Source of the DNA: Paraspadella gotoi
Lineage: Eukaryota > Animalia > Chaetognatha
Direction of reading: 5' to 3'
Assembly: GCA_051294375.1 (NCBI GenBank)
Contig: CM119267.1
Location: 5,879,992-5,943,991 of the forward strand
Length of the DNA stretch: 64,000 nt
Positions within the stretch are counted from its first letter, which is position 1. Each line of letters starts with the position of its first letter. The position numbers were made by a program, and so were the translations under genes. This document shows, in pieces, positions 24,714 through 38,975 of the stretch. The notes below the pieces were generated by a model, which saw only the letters and a list, made by a program, of their open reading frames with translations, had not been told where the DNA came from and ran no database searches.

Positions 24714-26807
24714 CTACGATTTAATAAAAGTGTACTTTCTGGAGCCAAGGCAAGTTGTTTTTAGGACAACGGTCCATGATATGTAATCGCAAAGGCGTTT
24801 TCTCGATTTTCTAGAATTAAATATCATTTCTATTCGTTCCGAGCGAGGAAACGCTGAAGCTAGGTGTTTTTCTATCACATCCTCAAAACGGGTCTCTTTA
24901 TCGAGATTATTCCACCACTCGAGGTCGCCATTGGTATCAGCCCCTTGTCGACCGGAGGCGCTCGCCGATTTGTCGCTTGATTGCTCTTTTGTAGTGAGAT
25001 CCAAATCAAAAAAGACTACGGCCTTCACCAAACGGTGGAACTCTTTCAAAAATACTGGAACGTTTTCTCTCGCCGCAAGACCAGCGGATTCTCCGAAATA
25101 CAATTCCGTCAAACTGCAGAGAGTGGCCGAGGCCAAATCCGCCAAATCGGTTTTGTTAAAGTGCAAATTCGGCGCATGAAGGATTTTAAGAGACGTTCTA
25201 CCCTCGAGCATCTTGATCACCTTATCGCCGTTGACTGACGTTGGCAACCGGAGGTCGACGACGTTTGGAAAAGCGGGAAGCAGCGCAAATACCGAGTGGA
25301 ATAATCGCATGGAATCTAATTTAATAAAGTCAAAAACGTGGGCAGTGTGATTAGGAAATCGATTGCCTTCCAACGAACTGTTAGAGAAGCGACGAAGACG
25401 CCTCGCGGCAGATACGATTGCGCGAAGTTGCTTCCAACTCTGTCGAGAGTCGGGCGAAGCGAAGCCCAAGAGGAGATCGACAAGTTTGGACGAGACGCCC
25501 GGAAAGGCGTCTATGGCGGCGGAAAGATGCGCCACGTCAAAGCTGGTCAACGACAGTCGCGGTAAGGGGAGCGCGGAGGCGGAGGCAGCAATGTCTAACG
25601 CGATGCGCTCGCCGACACCGAACTCGTAAAGTATGCTTCCACGTAGCCAAACGAAAGAAAAATCTTGCAACGTTCTTGAAATGTTATCGAATGGGTTCTC
25701 GTTTTCCACTGCGAATTAAAAAAAAATAATTCAAACTTGTTCGGTAAATCAGACCCGTGTCCCGTAATCGTTATCAGTGTAATTACTTATGAGTCGCGAA
25801 GATGAATTGTCCTTGTATTGATATTGGATTCTCGCCGACAGAAGCTTAGCACATCCTTTGAACAAGACTCCGAGCATCGAATACTGTCCCGTCAGAGTAA
25901 TATCCAAAAATGTCAAATTCGCAGACGCAGATTCGCTTCCGATAAAGTATCGAGGGACGAAAGCATTCCCTAGATCGCCCACCTCGATGGTCAACCGATC
26001 GAGATTCGGATAAAATTCCAAATTGAACGAGTAAGAGAAAAGTGTGTAGAGGCTAGGCAACACCAAAGAGCGTACATTATTCCATCGAAGAAGCTCGGCG
26101 TCGACGACGCGCCAGAGTCGAAATACTTCTTCGGGTTCTTCCTTCTCCACGGTGAGCACCAGAGAAACGGAGGACCAAGCGGCGGCGATTCGGGCGCAAC
26201 GCGGCTTCGAGCGAAAGTAAGACAGAAAGTGGACGGCGAAGTTGAGGCCGAGGGGCAGAGTCAGAGATTCGAGACTAGAACAGAGGCAAAGGATTTCGGC
26301 GAGATCGCCGGCGAGTTCGGACGAGCTACGGGACGACGGTAACTCGTATGGTATTTCTAGGCCGGCGTAGAATTCTGAAAAGCCCATTCTGGATTTGGAT
26401 CCGCATTTCTGAGAAAAATCGTGAAAGTCGCAAGGACTTTCTTCCGCGATAAAATCGACGGCGCCGAAATCGATGGAGACGATGGAAGAGGAAGCGGCGT
26501 TGACGAGTTTTTTCAAACCGGAAATGAGGCAATTGAGGCAGATTCGTTGTTGGTTTAAGGCCGAGACCTTTATGTGACACGCGCCATAAAACTGAATCGC
26601 AAGCTTGGCGCCGAGAAAAGTCTCGGCAAAGTCGATCCAGTCCAGATGAGCGCCAAAATCTACGCGGCGCCATAAAAAAACGTCGTTTGCCAGTTTGTTC
26701 CAACGCCGGTCGACGCCGGCCAACGAGCGGCACCAATCAACGGGCGAAAGTTTAGCGAAGATCTGCAATAGCAGTTCGTCCGGAAGGCAAGAGATTGGAA
26801 ACGCCAT
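24714..26807 (-). CDS. F-box protein with probable degenerate LRR-like C-terminal region, 2 exons
   Basis: N-terminal F-box ISCLPDELLLQIFAKLSPVDWCRSLAGVDRRWNKLANDVFLWRRVDF. Exons 26807-25787 and 25708-24714 are joined by a phase-1 GT-AG intron. LxxLxL-like motifs recur (LESLTL, VRSLVL, LDRLTI, LTELYF). Confidence 0.75.
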
Positions 26808-26861
26808 GAATATTAGTTATGCTCTATAAAAAATAGAATTTTTTAGAAATTTAAAGTATAG

Positions 26862-27039
26862 TTATCTCGCCAGCCAAAGTACTATGTATTAAAATGAATT
26901 CTTGAAAAAAGGGTTCAGGGTTAAGATTGAGCTATATTAATCAATCACTTTTATAAAAGAGCGTGATACACGAACGTCACTACAAAGCTCAACAATAACA
27001 TTTTATCGCCCAAGCCTGAAAGGCTGGCGAGATAAAAAA
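26862..27039 (-). mobile_element. Short HINE-like element (second family) between ASPM and the F-box gene
   Basis: TTATCTCGCCAGCC (26862-26875) is the reverse complement of GGCTGGCGAGATAA (27022-27035). The latter is also the right arm of an imperfect hairpin at 27001-27037 followed by an A-run, the same layout as the larger HINE. Single copy in this window. Confidence 0.45.
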
Positions 27040-27261
27040 TAAAAATAACCAGAAAATCATTTATGTATAAAAACAACCCAGGAGAGGAAAACCTCTTCAA
27101 AAAAACGTAACGTATTCGGGGTCGTAAAAAGTGTTTTCGTTAAAAAAAAATATCACTTTTTTTTACCAAATTCTACACCATGACAAACTGACTCAATGGC
27201 ACAACTAAAAAATAAAAAACTATCGACGATAACAACAAAACTCCAAAAGGCCGAAAGCGAT

Positions 27262-30200
27262 TTATTTGACAGATTTTCTGGTTTTGGTAACCTTGGCCTT
27301 GCCCTGGAGTCTGCAACCCGAACCCCCGGCGCTGTTTCTCTGCAGCTGTTGCTGCTGCTGCTGCTGTGGGGGGAGCGGCCTGCGCTTCGAAGCTTCGTCG
27401 ACACTCGGGTTCGCGACGGAGTCGAGGAGCTCGAGAATAAAGGCGACCATCTGCACGGGCTCCTTGAGAGCTTGGTCATGCTTTTTGTCCGACAGAAATT
27501 CCGGACGAATCAGGGCACGACGGTTCGAGTACGAAAAGCAGCTGCGGTCAAAAGTAGGGAATGCGGGGTAGAAAAACAGATTAAAAAAATGATTTTTTTC
27601 TGCTTTGTGGACGACCTGAAATCAGAGCACACAAAAGTTTTTGTATGTCTTAAAAAAATTTCACGTTCTAAAATTATCGACATAAATAGATCAGTAACAG
27701 TAACCTGGCTTGGTTGGTTGAAAAAGATTTATGATGCTGCAGCCTCTGCTTTTGTGCCAGGTGCTGCTGCTTTAAATTGACACGACGCGCAACCTCCGAG
27801 TGGATTTTATGAAGACGTTGCACAAGATCTTGTCGGCTCTTGAAAGATAGGGCCAAATTTTGATGTTGCACCAAGGCGGCGAGCAAATTGCAAAATCCGG
27901 TAAATAAATCCTGGAAACGGATTTAGATTTATTACGTGAGATTGAGCTCATTAATCATATTTGCATATTGTCGCCTTTCCTAAATGTTTTTTTTTTCACT
28001 CAAAGAAAATGTAAAGAGTTAATAAGCACTCCTAACTTCCCCACCACTAACCTTGTGCCTGTAGGTCCAGATAAGGTTGATCAAATTGTCCCAAACGAAA
28101 TGGGCGCAAACGACGGCAGGAGCAGAGCCGGCGTGCTTGGCCAGGTTCAGGAGAACGTCGACGCAGCAGCGCCGCACTTCGTTGCAGGGCTCGGACTGGT
28201 TGCACCGTTCCATCAGCGACCAGATGATACCGGGTGCCCCTTGAGTGGCCAGGTGTTCGCAACACTCGGGCGAGAGGCTGGTGGTCCGCGTGAGACGAAT
28301 CAGCGCATAGCGGATAGCGGGGATACTGGCGCCGCGAATGATTTCCTCCAGAGATTGCATGGTGATGTTGCCGAGTCGATTCTCGTTCTTTGCCTAAGAA
28401 ATTGAGAGGGAAGGAGATGGGGGAGCGGGTGAGAGAATTTTAGACCCCTTCGCCTAAAATCTTTTCTCAGACGAGAATCTCAACAGATGTTTGTTTGTTC
28501 ACCTGTTTATTGGCAGTTTCGAGTCTTTGGCGAATTAGACTGAGCCTCTCGTGAAGTTCCGCATTGTCGGACGGCGGCCGAATACGAAGATCTGCAATTC
28601 GCCCAGGAACAAATTGGTTTTCCTTGAAAACGTCTGGATGAATCCTGGTGGCCGCATCCACCCCAGCTGCTGCTGCTGCTTCTCCAACTGCTCCAACGGC
28701 TCGATCCTCCTCTGCCGCTTCCGCGACATTAGAGACAATCGTTGGTTTGCCCTGACGGACCCGCGTGCCTCGCCACCAAGACTGAAACGTAAAATCAAGT
28801 TAACATAAATTTTAATCAATGATAAAACCTTAAGTGGTGTTGTCGTACTTGAATGAAAATCAAGGCTTTTCGTCTCTTTTCTTCATCGTTTTCCAACTCT
28901 GGCGCTTGCTCCCCCCCAATCGCTCCCCTCTCCTCCTCTTCTTCCTCCGAATCTACTTCCGAAATGGAACTAAACGAGTTGAGCATTTCGTCCTCGGCGG
29001 ATTCCGAGGCCGCGGAGGAGATACGACTGTTGTCCCTGAAGCCGGCGGAGACGACGGAAATATCGCCTAGAGTTTCGCCGAGGGAAAAGGTTGTACAGCC
29101 AAAGAGATTGTCTCGCTTACGAGAGACACTTCGCCACCACCGCTGGATCAGCACGACGGCGTAGCGGATGGCGAGAAAGTTTTCCCGCACGAGAGCCGCT
29201 TTACGAGTGGCGCGCCATCGGTATTGGATCGTCTTCGCTGCCACCTCTTTACGACGGCGCTCGTCCTTGGCCGCTCCCGCTGCCGTAGCGGCATTTATCA
29301 GGCCTCTGACCAACAATCGCATTCGGTACCAGGATTGTATGGCGACTGCGGCGTTCTTCATGGCCTTGAATCGCCGTTTCCTTTCGATCATAAGGAGATA
29401 AGCTTTAAATCTTCTTTGGATGACCATCGCCGCCTCTTTTTTCAACAAATACTCGTCCCTGATGATCCACATTTTTATGGTCTCGCGCCAACGCGACTGA
29501 AGCAAAAAAACCGCATCGCGTTTCTCCACAAACCTCGCCCTTTGGTCTTTCATCGCCTGAAGGCTTCGAAATCGAGTCTGAATGACGAGGGCCGCTTCTT
29601 TGAGGCGTAAGAACTTTTGCCTCTCGACGAGCATCTTCCAAGTCGCCCGAATTTTCTGTTGAATCACAACGGCGGCATTTTTCTGAGCTATGAACCATAG
29701 TCTCCGCAAGAAAGCTCGCCAGTTTTTCTGCAAAACAATAGCCGCGAACTTTTGCCTCAAAAACTCGGTTCGAGCGACTTTTCTCGCGAAGTTAGCTCGC
29801 ACGTGACGTTGCAAACATATTGCGGCGTCTTTTTGTATCAAAAACGCATTTCTATCCCGTTCCATCAACTTGTAATTGAAATAAAAGTTTTCTATTACGA
29901 TAGTTGCGAATTTCTTGCGAAAAAAATCCTTTCGGGCTTCCCTCATTTCGATCGATGCCCTCCATCGTCTCTGAAGCGTAACCACCGCGGCTTTCTTTGC
30001 GGCGAAAGACCTCTTGCAAGACAATGTTAATTGACAAGAGCGCCAAAATGATTTAATAAGAAGAGCCGCCTCTCTTTTCTTCATGTATTCTCGACGAATT
30101 TGCCGAGAAACGACCCAAGCTGAATAAAATCGCTCTATTTTGAGTGCACTATCTTTCATCAATAAAAAGTTATCGCGCTCCTTCTTTGCCAACCGCATCG

Positions 30201-33200
30201 CTCTGAACCTGCCCTGAATGAAAATCGCTGCTTCCTTCATTGCCAAAAATCTTGCTCTTTCTTTGTTTCGTTGTAGAGTGGCGCGCCAACGTCGCTGAAT
30301 CAAGAGTGCCGCCATTCGCAAATTTGAAAATTGCTGCTTGTGAAGAAGAGCGGCTTTCATGTTTTTATACCACATTTTAATCTTGATGGTCGCGTCTCTG
30401 ATTTTAAGAAACTCTTTTCTGCTTTCCGTCATCGTCCGGTACGAGTGCCAAAAATATTGAATAACAAGAGCTGCCTCTCTTTTCTTCATATATTCTAAAC
30501 GAATTTGCTTAGAAATGACCCAAGCTGAATAATATCGCTCTATTTTGAGTGCACTATCCTTCATCAATAGAAAGTTATTGCGCTGCTCCTTTGACAATCG
30601 CATCGCTCTGAACCTGCCCTGAATGCAAATCACTGCTTCCTTCATTGCCAAGAATCTCGCTCTTTCTTTGTTTCGTTGTAGAGTGGCTCGCCAACGTCGC
30701 TGAATCATGAATGCCGCCATTCGCAAATTGAAAAATTGCTGCTTGTAAAGAAGAGCGGCTTTCTTGTTTTTATACCACATTTGAATTTTGATTGTCGCGT
30801 CTCTGATTTTAAGAAACTCTTTTCTGCTTTCCGTCATCGTCCGGTATGAGCGCCAAAACGCCTGAATAACTCGAGCAGCACTTTTCTTGCGAAGAAATTC
30901 TTCGCGACATTTGTTCGCTACAACATTTTCTCTGTAAATTCTTTGCATCGATACAACGCTTTCTCTGAGGCGAAGGTATTCGATTCTTTTGTCTCGCCCA
31001 AGTTTATTTGCTCTGAATCTGTACTGTAAAAGACAAACCGTATGGCGCGTTGCGAGAAAGTCGGCCCTTTCCTTATTTCGCATATCTGTCGCGCGCCACC
31101 ACCTTTGAATCAAGATTGCGGCGTTTTTCAACTTCGTATATTTTCGTCTTTGAGAAGTAGCGAGTCGGAAATTTCTGTAAGCGAGTTGAATTACTGAAGC
31201 TGCTTTTTTAATTTCCAGATACTTCCATCGAGCCAGCCTCATTTCACGCAAAGCTAAATATCGAGCCTCGATTATCAAACAAGCTCTCTTTTTCTGTAGA
31301 AATGCATTTCGCTGAGACTTCATTAAGAGGTAAGCTCTGAATCGAATCTGTATCAAAATAGCAGCATTCTTCGTCGCCAAATACGACACTCGTTGGCATT
31401 CCATGGCGCGTTGGGCTCTAAAACTTTGCTGCAGACAAATAACTGACGATTTTAATCGTATAAACTCTGCTCTTAATCTTCTGGTCAATAAAAGGCTCCG
31501 ATAAAATTTCTGTACCGTAATCACCGCAGCTCTCGATGTCTCAAAAAGAGCCCGCTCCTTTCGCATGACGACCAAGGCTCTCCACCTTCTCTGCAGCGTC
31601 TCCGCCGCCCATTTCCTTCGAAGATACATGTCGCGGTCCGCCTTCATTCTTTTAACGGATCTGAACCAGGTTTGAATGGCTATCGCGACCCTTCGCTGAC
31701 GAAGGAAGTTTTCCCTCTCCACCAGATTTCTTTTAGCTCTTACGTCCCGATACCAGGCCTGAATTCTGAGAACAGCGCTCCGTTTCTTTCTCCATTGGGC
31801 TAATTTAAAATATCGGAAGACGGTGTTGGCAACGACAATCGCTGCCCGCCGCTTCTTCGCCTCTTCGCGTGCCTTCATGACCGCCCACCAACGTAGCACG
31901 CAGCGACCGATGATTTTTCCCGCGTCGACTTTTACTCGCTGTTCCTCGATCTTTTGCTTAAGGAAGCGACGACGCCACGCCATTTGAATCACGCGCGCAG
32001 CTCGCTCCTCTTTAGCCAGATCCAACAACCTGAATGTATATTATACGTTACAATACAATATACAATGAATAAACTTATTCCCATAAGTCCTCGTTTATAC
32101 TGTCTTATAAGCTACAAATAAGCTATCTTGCCAATAACTTTTAAAAGGCTATGTGGGTCAAGGCCTCTATCCCAAGATAATAATGTAACATATACTAATA
32201 TTTCCCACTGCGTTCATTTCTATAACTATATTCATTTTTTATCTTCATATTCTTTATAACGAGTATTAATAACTTTCACCAACCGAGAACAAAGATGAGC
32301 CGTAAACGCGATGACGACCTCTTCGTTGGGCTGTGTGTTGCAGAAGTCCTTAGCTCTCAGCATCATCGGCACGCCGCCGAGCGTGTCCACATTGTTCATC
32401 ACCAACTTGACGTTGGCCTTTTCGTTATCGAGCCGCTGCTGATAGTCTAGCGGGACCCCGTCTTCGCCAAGCACCGTCGATAAAGAATCGACGGGACTTT
32501 TTGGCTCGCCAGATGACTCCAGGCCGGGCATGTGATCGGAAAGGCGATGAGACTGATAGGTTTGAGTCGTCTCGGAGCGGACCTCGCTTAAAGACACCAT
32601 TTCTGGGCGATAGTGATGCAGCAAGTAGCAGAAGACGCGTCCGTCGGAGAATGGAACGGAAAAGTTGAAGACGGGCACGGGCGAATAATGGGCGGAAACG
32701 AGTTGAGTCCACCTCAGCAGAAGACGGATCTTATCGTCAATGACGCCGTAATCTTTCATGCCCTCCTTCAGGGTCGCCTTTGAGAAGATGTCGTCCAAGG
32801 CGCCGGGGTCGCCGACGATCGCCTTCCAGTCGCCCACTCTCTTCAACGCCCTTTGAATGCGGAGGTTGGCCTCCAAATGGCGAATTTCTTCACTTAACGC
32901 CCGGGCGTTCAGCATGCCGAGAACGCCCGCCGATTCGTCCCCGAGAAAAATTCGCCAGAGGAGCTTGAGCGTTCGCTCCCTGTTGCCGTCGACGACGTCG
33001 GCGGGGGCAAAGGCCTTGGGATCGCGGGCGGTCTTGTCATCAAAAACCTGCACTACCCCGCGGGCTTCTAACCGCTTGAGAGCCAGCTTGACGTTGTGAA
33101 TCTTGTTTAAACGAGAGTCTTGGAGGCGGACTTGGTCCATCAAATCAACATGACCATCGGCGAAATGGGTCGAGACCAATTTGCAAAGGCGGATGCCGTC

Positions 33201-36200
33201 GCGGAGGTCGACGGCGAGATTGCGGACGCCGAACTCGTACTCTTCGATCTTCCGCTGTTCCACCTTCACCGCGTAGCCCATGTATTTGAGATGCTTGGTG
33301 AGATCACCTTCGCTGAGAAACTGCTTGGAGAATTCCAACAAGAGAGCTTTCGTTGATTTATATTCGGACGTGACGAGGAACAAGCAGGGATTTTGAGGGA
33401 TGAGACGATTGGATTTGGCGAAGTCGAGGAAAACGACGATTTTAAGGAAGGCACAAAGAATATGGCCGGCGAGGGCGTCCGAGTAGCTAAAGAAACAACG
33501 GAAGATGATGGGATAAAAAAATTTGGATTTAACCCTTTTTTAAGACCTTCAGAAGTCTGATTCCCAAAAATCTTAATATTTCATACAAAGCAAAAATAAA
33601 ATGGTAAAATGGTAAAATAAAAACACATCCCAACCGGTGGAAACGAACCCGTCTAGATAAAGATGGGGAACAGTCGGGTGAGAAAAGCGCTTTGCAATGA
33701 CGGGGTCGTTTAAAAGTCGAGCGACGATGAACTTTGACATTCCGATGATGTCACTGTTGGAGGAGACCAAAAGAATCTCCCCGAAGACCGTCTCGATCCC
33801 GATTCGAAGCCAGAGAGGGTTGTATGAGAGAAGTAAATTCAAAATTCGCGTTTTCGCTCCTGGAAATAATTCGAGTTAATGAGTAGGGTTCGTACCGGTT
33901 CGTGCGATAAAGAGAGATAAAAATCGGGTCAACTTTTCGACTTTCAAAACTCGCCTAAATCCGCGTGAACGTTTCTGTCCCTCCTCATCATAATCCTCTT
34001 CAGTCCAACCTCCTCTTCTATCTTCCCCACCGCCGTAGCCAGAGCTTCCCACAGACGACAACTCTTTCCACGCAAGCGAAAGAGCTCGTGGCGCTGAGTA
34101 TAGACGCGGATGGACTGCTCTTCTCGAGTCGGCGCCACTCGAACGGCAGAACCTCCGCAGAGAACCTCGCGCAAGGCCGCCTTTAAGGCCGAAGGTTTGA
34201 CGGGCGCGTCGGCGACTTCGTCCTTGACTTCCAAAAGGGAGCAGGCGAAGACGTGATTGAGCATTTGGGTGAAGGCGAACTCTTGCTTCTCCTGCCACTT
34301 GACATCGAAATAGGCATGGCCCCCGGAGGAGGCGAATGGCAGGGCGACCTTCGCGCCGGAGGAGCTCGTCTGCGGAGAGGCCTTCATTAGGATGAGCTTG
34401 GATTTGTGAGGGCGGGAGAAGGTAGCGTTAAAGGTCGTCCTATGAGACATCCTTGACGACTTGGAGTGACCAATAGTTGAATCGCCAAGAGTGGACGATT
34501 CGCAGGAATTATTTTTCGAGGCGATGGTAGCGTCGGTTGATAGATCGACCTCCGATTCATCGCAAGGATTAATTTTAGATTCTTCCTTCGCCACGGACGA
34601 AACCTTCGACGCATCATTGCTCTCAACTTCAGAAGATTTCCGAACTTGGCGCGAATTCTTGGAATCACCCTTTCGTTGATTTGCGAGCTGTCGCTCCTTA
34701 AAACGCTGAGAGACCGAGCGTTTGGGCATGGATGGCTTTAAGAAATTAATGGTATCATCTAAAAGGACGGATTCGTTGGTCGAAGCCAACGTCGACTCGG
34801 CTACCACTTCTTTCTCTTCCGCCGCTGAACGCCCCAGACTCAAATCGGAAGTCGCTCGACTCCGGCGAATGACGGGGACGGACTTTAGATCGACCTTGGC
34901 CATCGACCGGCGCATTCGTCGCATGTCTCCAGGACTGCGAGATTCGAACCCTTCGAAGGCCACGGGAGGCACGTGATGATCGGGTTTATCCGCATCGAGG
35001 ACGGCGGGCGTGCTTGTGAACATCCCTTTCTCCGACCAATCGATGGTCGACGTGTCGAACGTGTCCTCGTGGAGTGGAATCTTGACGGTAGCGTTGCAGT
35101 CGACGGGGGGATCGGAAGCGCTGCCAGTGTCAATGCAAAATCGTAATGGTGGTCTGGGAGCCCGAAAACACGGAACGACATCGTTTGCCGTCGAATTTTG
35201 AGACGGCACAGCAGGCGCCGCCGCCTCGGTAGGAGAAACGTCATTGAAGACCGCATCAGCATCGATACCAAATGATTCCACGGCGGTTACAAACAAGGAT
35301 TCGGTATTTTCGCAGTCGATGGGTAGATCAGAAGCGCTGCCACTCTCAAGGCAAAATCGTGGCGGCGGTCTTAGAGGTTGAGAACGCGGAACATCGTTTG
35401 CGGTCAAATTCTTAAATGGCACTGCCGCCGCCTCAGCAGGAGAATTGTCATCGATGGCATCAATCCCCAATGCGTCCACGCCGTTTTTGGTCTTCTCGCT
35501 GGATAGAGGGACATCCGCGGATGTTGGGGCGAGCGTGGCGCCACTGCGGCCGACGGATGTTTTTTCCCTCGGTAGCGCAGCGTAGGTCAAACGGCGACTA
35601 ACCTCCTCGACGGCGTCGCTCCAAAACTCTGAATCTGAATCAGGAAGTTGAGAACGGGAAACTGGAAGAAAAAAACAACGAAATATAATACAAAATATAA
35701 TCAAAAAGAGCAAACCGCAAGGAGAAGATTTTCACGGACCCAAATCTGGCGAGGGTTGGGGCGTGCTCGTGATGATATCTTTTTCGGGTGCCGTTTCCTG
35801 CCCGACGGGGCCCAGGCAACGAGTCTCGTTAGACCACAATTTTTCGGCGTCGCTCGACGCCATCACCTCCACACGCTCTTGATCGTCTCGTACTATCGGG
35901 CGAACGATCGGGTAAACGATCGGATGAACAATCGTGTTGCCAGCGGAGTTGGCGTCTTTATAGTTGAGGGAATTTGGCGCGTTCGATTCGATCGCTTGAA
36001 GAACCTGAGAAGTGAACAGCGACGCACGTACTATTAGCCTGATCATAATACTATTTATCAAAGTTATTACAAAGAATTTGAAAACCCTTCCTAAAAAAAT
36101 ATTGAATAAAAGTCTCAGCAACGACTAACTTGACGCTTGGCGACAGTGACGGTCTGTCGTCTGGGCGAGGAGATGGAATCGGAAGGCATTTCGTCAAAGC

Positions 36201-37720
36201 GGCGTCGATCAGCGGACGAAAGGGCGTCGAATTCTCTCTGCAAATAACATCAATGAAATGAATCTACAGACGTACTCGTGCTAAACAATGACCAACGGAG
36301 ACAGACCAATGGGTGGACGGCCGGGATTTACGATCAACATTCTATCTCCTAACTATTTTAAATTTTAACAGAATAATTACTGAACATTGTCTCCTTAAGA
36401 CAAAATCGCTTTCAAAAAGCAAAAAAAATTAACCTGCAGATCTTGATTGTGCCGGAAAATTGAGCCATGAGTTGCCTTTGTCACTGTGGCGCTGTTAACC
36501 GCCGCGTGCGCGACAGTTTTGACGGCAGGAGTTTGGAAGGCGCGGCCGGTGCTGTTGGAAATTGCGGTTTCGTCAGATTCTGAGCAGGGGAGCAATGAAA
36601 TCGAAATGTAAGAATGATGGAGCAATAATGGAGGAAAACTACGTATTGTGGCGGTATATTCACACCGCCTCACATCCTCTGCATTGGCAAAGCGAGACCG
36701 TCCTAGGGAAACCGAGCCAGTGACAGGAAGCGTCACTTAGGGTCGGTATCCCCAAAAAGCCAACAGTGAGATACCCCATCCCTACCCGGTTGTTGCCATA
36801 GTATTATCTTTAAAGAGGTAATATTTAGTTAAAAAAAAACAAAAAAAACCGATGGACTCACCTTCTTCGAGGATGACGGTTCGGTTGGCGACGTTTTCCA
36901 CGTCTTCCTCCATCCGCATCGACTTCTTTTGCGTCCTTCGCGACCTGTTGAGCACGCTCCGTCGTTTCGGCTTTGACTCGGCCGTCGGCTTGCAAGTTCC
37001 TGTCAAAGGAATGAAAATTTAAAATCTCCTTTTCGATTAATATATTTTTAAGACAGTTTAATAAAAGTATCAAACACGAGTCACACTTTCCCTAGTGTTC
37101 CATCATACGCACCTATTAGTTTCGCGGATATTCGATAGGCCATGTCGACGTGAAAACTCAGCAGCTGACGAAAGGCGCCGGGTTGCGAAGGGCGCCAGTC
37201 GATGCGAAGCGAGAGTCGCGATTTGGCGGGAACTTTGATTCCGGCGAAGACGGAAGGGTCGGAGAAAGAAAAGCCCGACTTGGCCACTTTCTAAAAAAAA
37301 AAAAGAAGAAATTGGAAGGCGCAAAACGAGAGAAATCGAATTTACTAATTCCTAATTTACCTCAAACTTTTCAACGAGGATAGTCTGAGGAAAATCTTCT
37401 TCGTTGACGACGAGGAGAGTTTGAGAAGTGAAATTGCCCAATACAACCTAAATTGAATAGATTGAGAAAAACGTGAAGCGAAAACTAAAACTTATTTAAA
37501 CTTAAATCGATGAATACTTAGAGTCAACGAGACCGGGGTCTCCTCTAAAACGGACCTCTCCAAAGTCCAAACAGGGGGTGGCGGCGAAGGATTTGAGAAA
37601 GATGGTTTCGATCTCCTTTTCTTTTTCGTCCGAAGCTGGAAAAAAAACTTTCGCCGTAGGAGGGGAAAACTCCATAGCTTCGCCCCCCAAGCGCTTCATC
37701 CGGTTTTGCGCTCGATCCAT
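27262..37720 (-). CDS. ASPM: Abnormal spindle-like microcephaly-associated protein (ASH, CH domains, IQ array, C-terminal ARM-like region), ~14 exons
   Basis: ASH-type LKSFAATPCLDFGE; LLLSYNPLWLRIGIETVFGE; CH domains (LAVDLRDGIRLCKLV, DVVDGNRERTLKLLWRI, FSDGRVFCYLLHHY); long IQxxxR array at 28848-32029; LMERCNQSEP in the C-terminal region. Confidence 0.95.
30044..30853 (-). repeat. Tandem 405-bp (135-aa, five IQ units) duplication inside ASPM
   Basis: MTESRKEFLKIRDATIKI...MKKREAAL occurs twice. The marker CCGTCATCGTCCGGTA is at 30426 and 30831 (offset 405). End points are approximate. Confidence 0.92.
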
Positions 37721-38975
37721 GGTTAAGTAATTAAATTGATTTCATCGCTTTTAATTGGGAATAATAAGGCACACTGTAAAGAGAAAAAATGAAGATTTAT
37801 GAACATTAATCAAAACGACTTTTTATTTTCGTAAATAATAAATTTTATTTGAATTAACAAAATAGTACAGCTGTCGAATGTTTTTTTGGGCTAAAAATTT
37901 AAGGTTTAAGTAAATTTTTTGGAAAAAAACTTGATAAATATGTAGTTCAAAAATAATATTCATTTTAATTTGCTATTGCTAATGCGTCATTTTTGAATGG
38001 AACGCCACTAAAAAAATAAATAAATTGCGTAAAACACTTTTTCTTTTCGTTTCGTTTAAGATTAGAATATAGAATAGTTTGTTTGGCAAAGCTTTTTATT
38101 CAAAAAAAAAAAAAAAAAAACCTAAATGCGGACATATTTCGACTTGTTCAAGCCATCATCAGCGCAAAATTGAAAGTAAGATTTTTTGAGATTTGAGAGA
38201 GAATGAGAAAGTCAGTGGTAAGTAGTAAGAACAGCTGGAGAAAATGACAGGGGAGATTGCCTCTTATTTGTCCCATCGGAATTTGGCCAGCTCATTTTGA
38301 GCTTTTCTTAATTCTTATTTTTTAGTTTTCCCTTCGTCTATTTACTAATTGTTAGATTTTCTTATTTTGAATAAGTTTAAGTCTTTATACTTAACGTGAG
38401 TTCCATAGGAAGTAAGAAGAAGTCGTAGTTATTAATATGTGAACATATATTTTATTTCAAAAAGTCATATTAGTATTGTGAAAGTACTCGCGGAGCATCT
38501 GAAAAATTTCGTGAAAAGACTTTCGTTTTGTTACGTTTAAAATTAATTGTTTGTTGAAAGCTTTCTCTATTTCTCTCTCTCTCTTTATCAATATGTTTGG
38601 CCAATTTTTAAAAAAATTGACATGGCGCTGAAGAAGACTCGAAAAAGAGGAAAAACATGTCTGTTTCAAAATAAAACTCGTTGTTTGTAAACACAACTTT
38701 CATATATTTAAAATTTAAGGTCGAAACATGTACACTATCTGAAAAATAAATCGTTGTTGAATCTATTTCAAACTTTTTCTCAATCTAAAACACAACGAAA
38801 GAAAGGCTTTCACAAAAAATTAAAATTATTAATTTAAGATCACTTTACGATCGTCACTTTACGAACTTCATTCCACTTGATTAGATGGAATATTAAAATT
38901 TTCAACAAGTATACTTTTTTAATAATTGTTAAAAAACTTAACACCAACGACGATAACATTAAAAAAGGTTAACTA

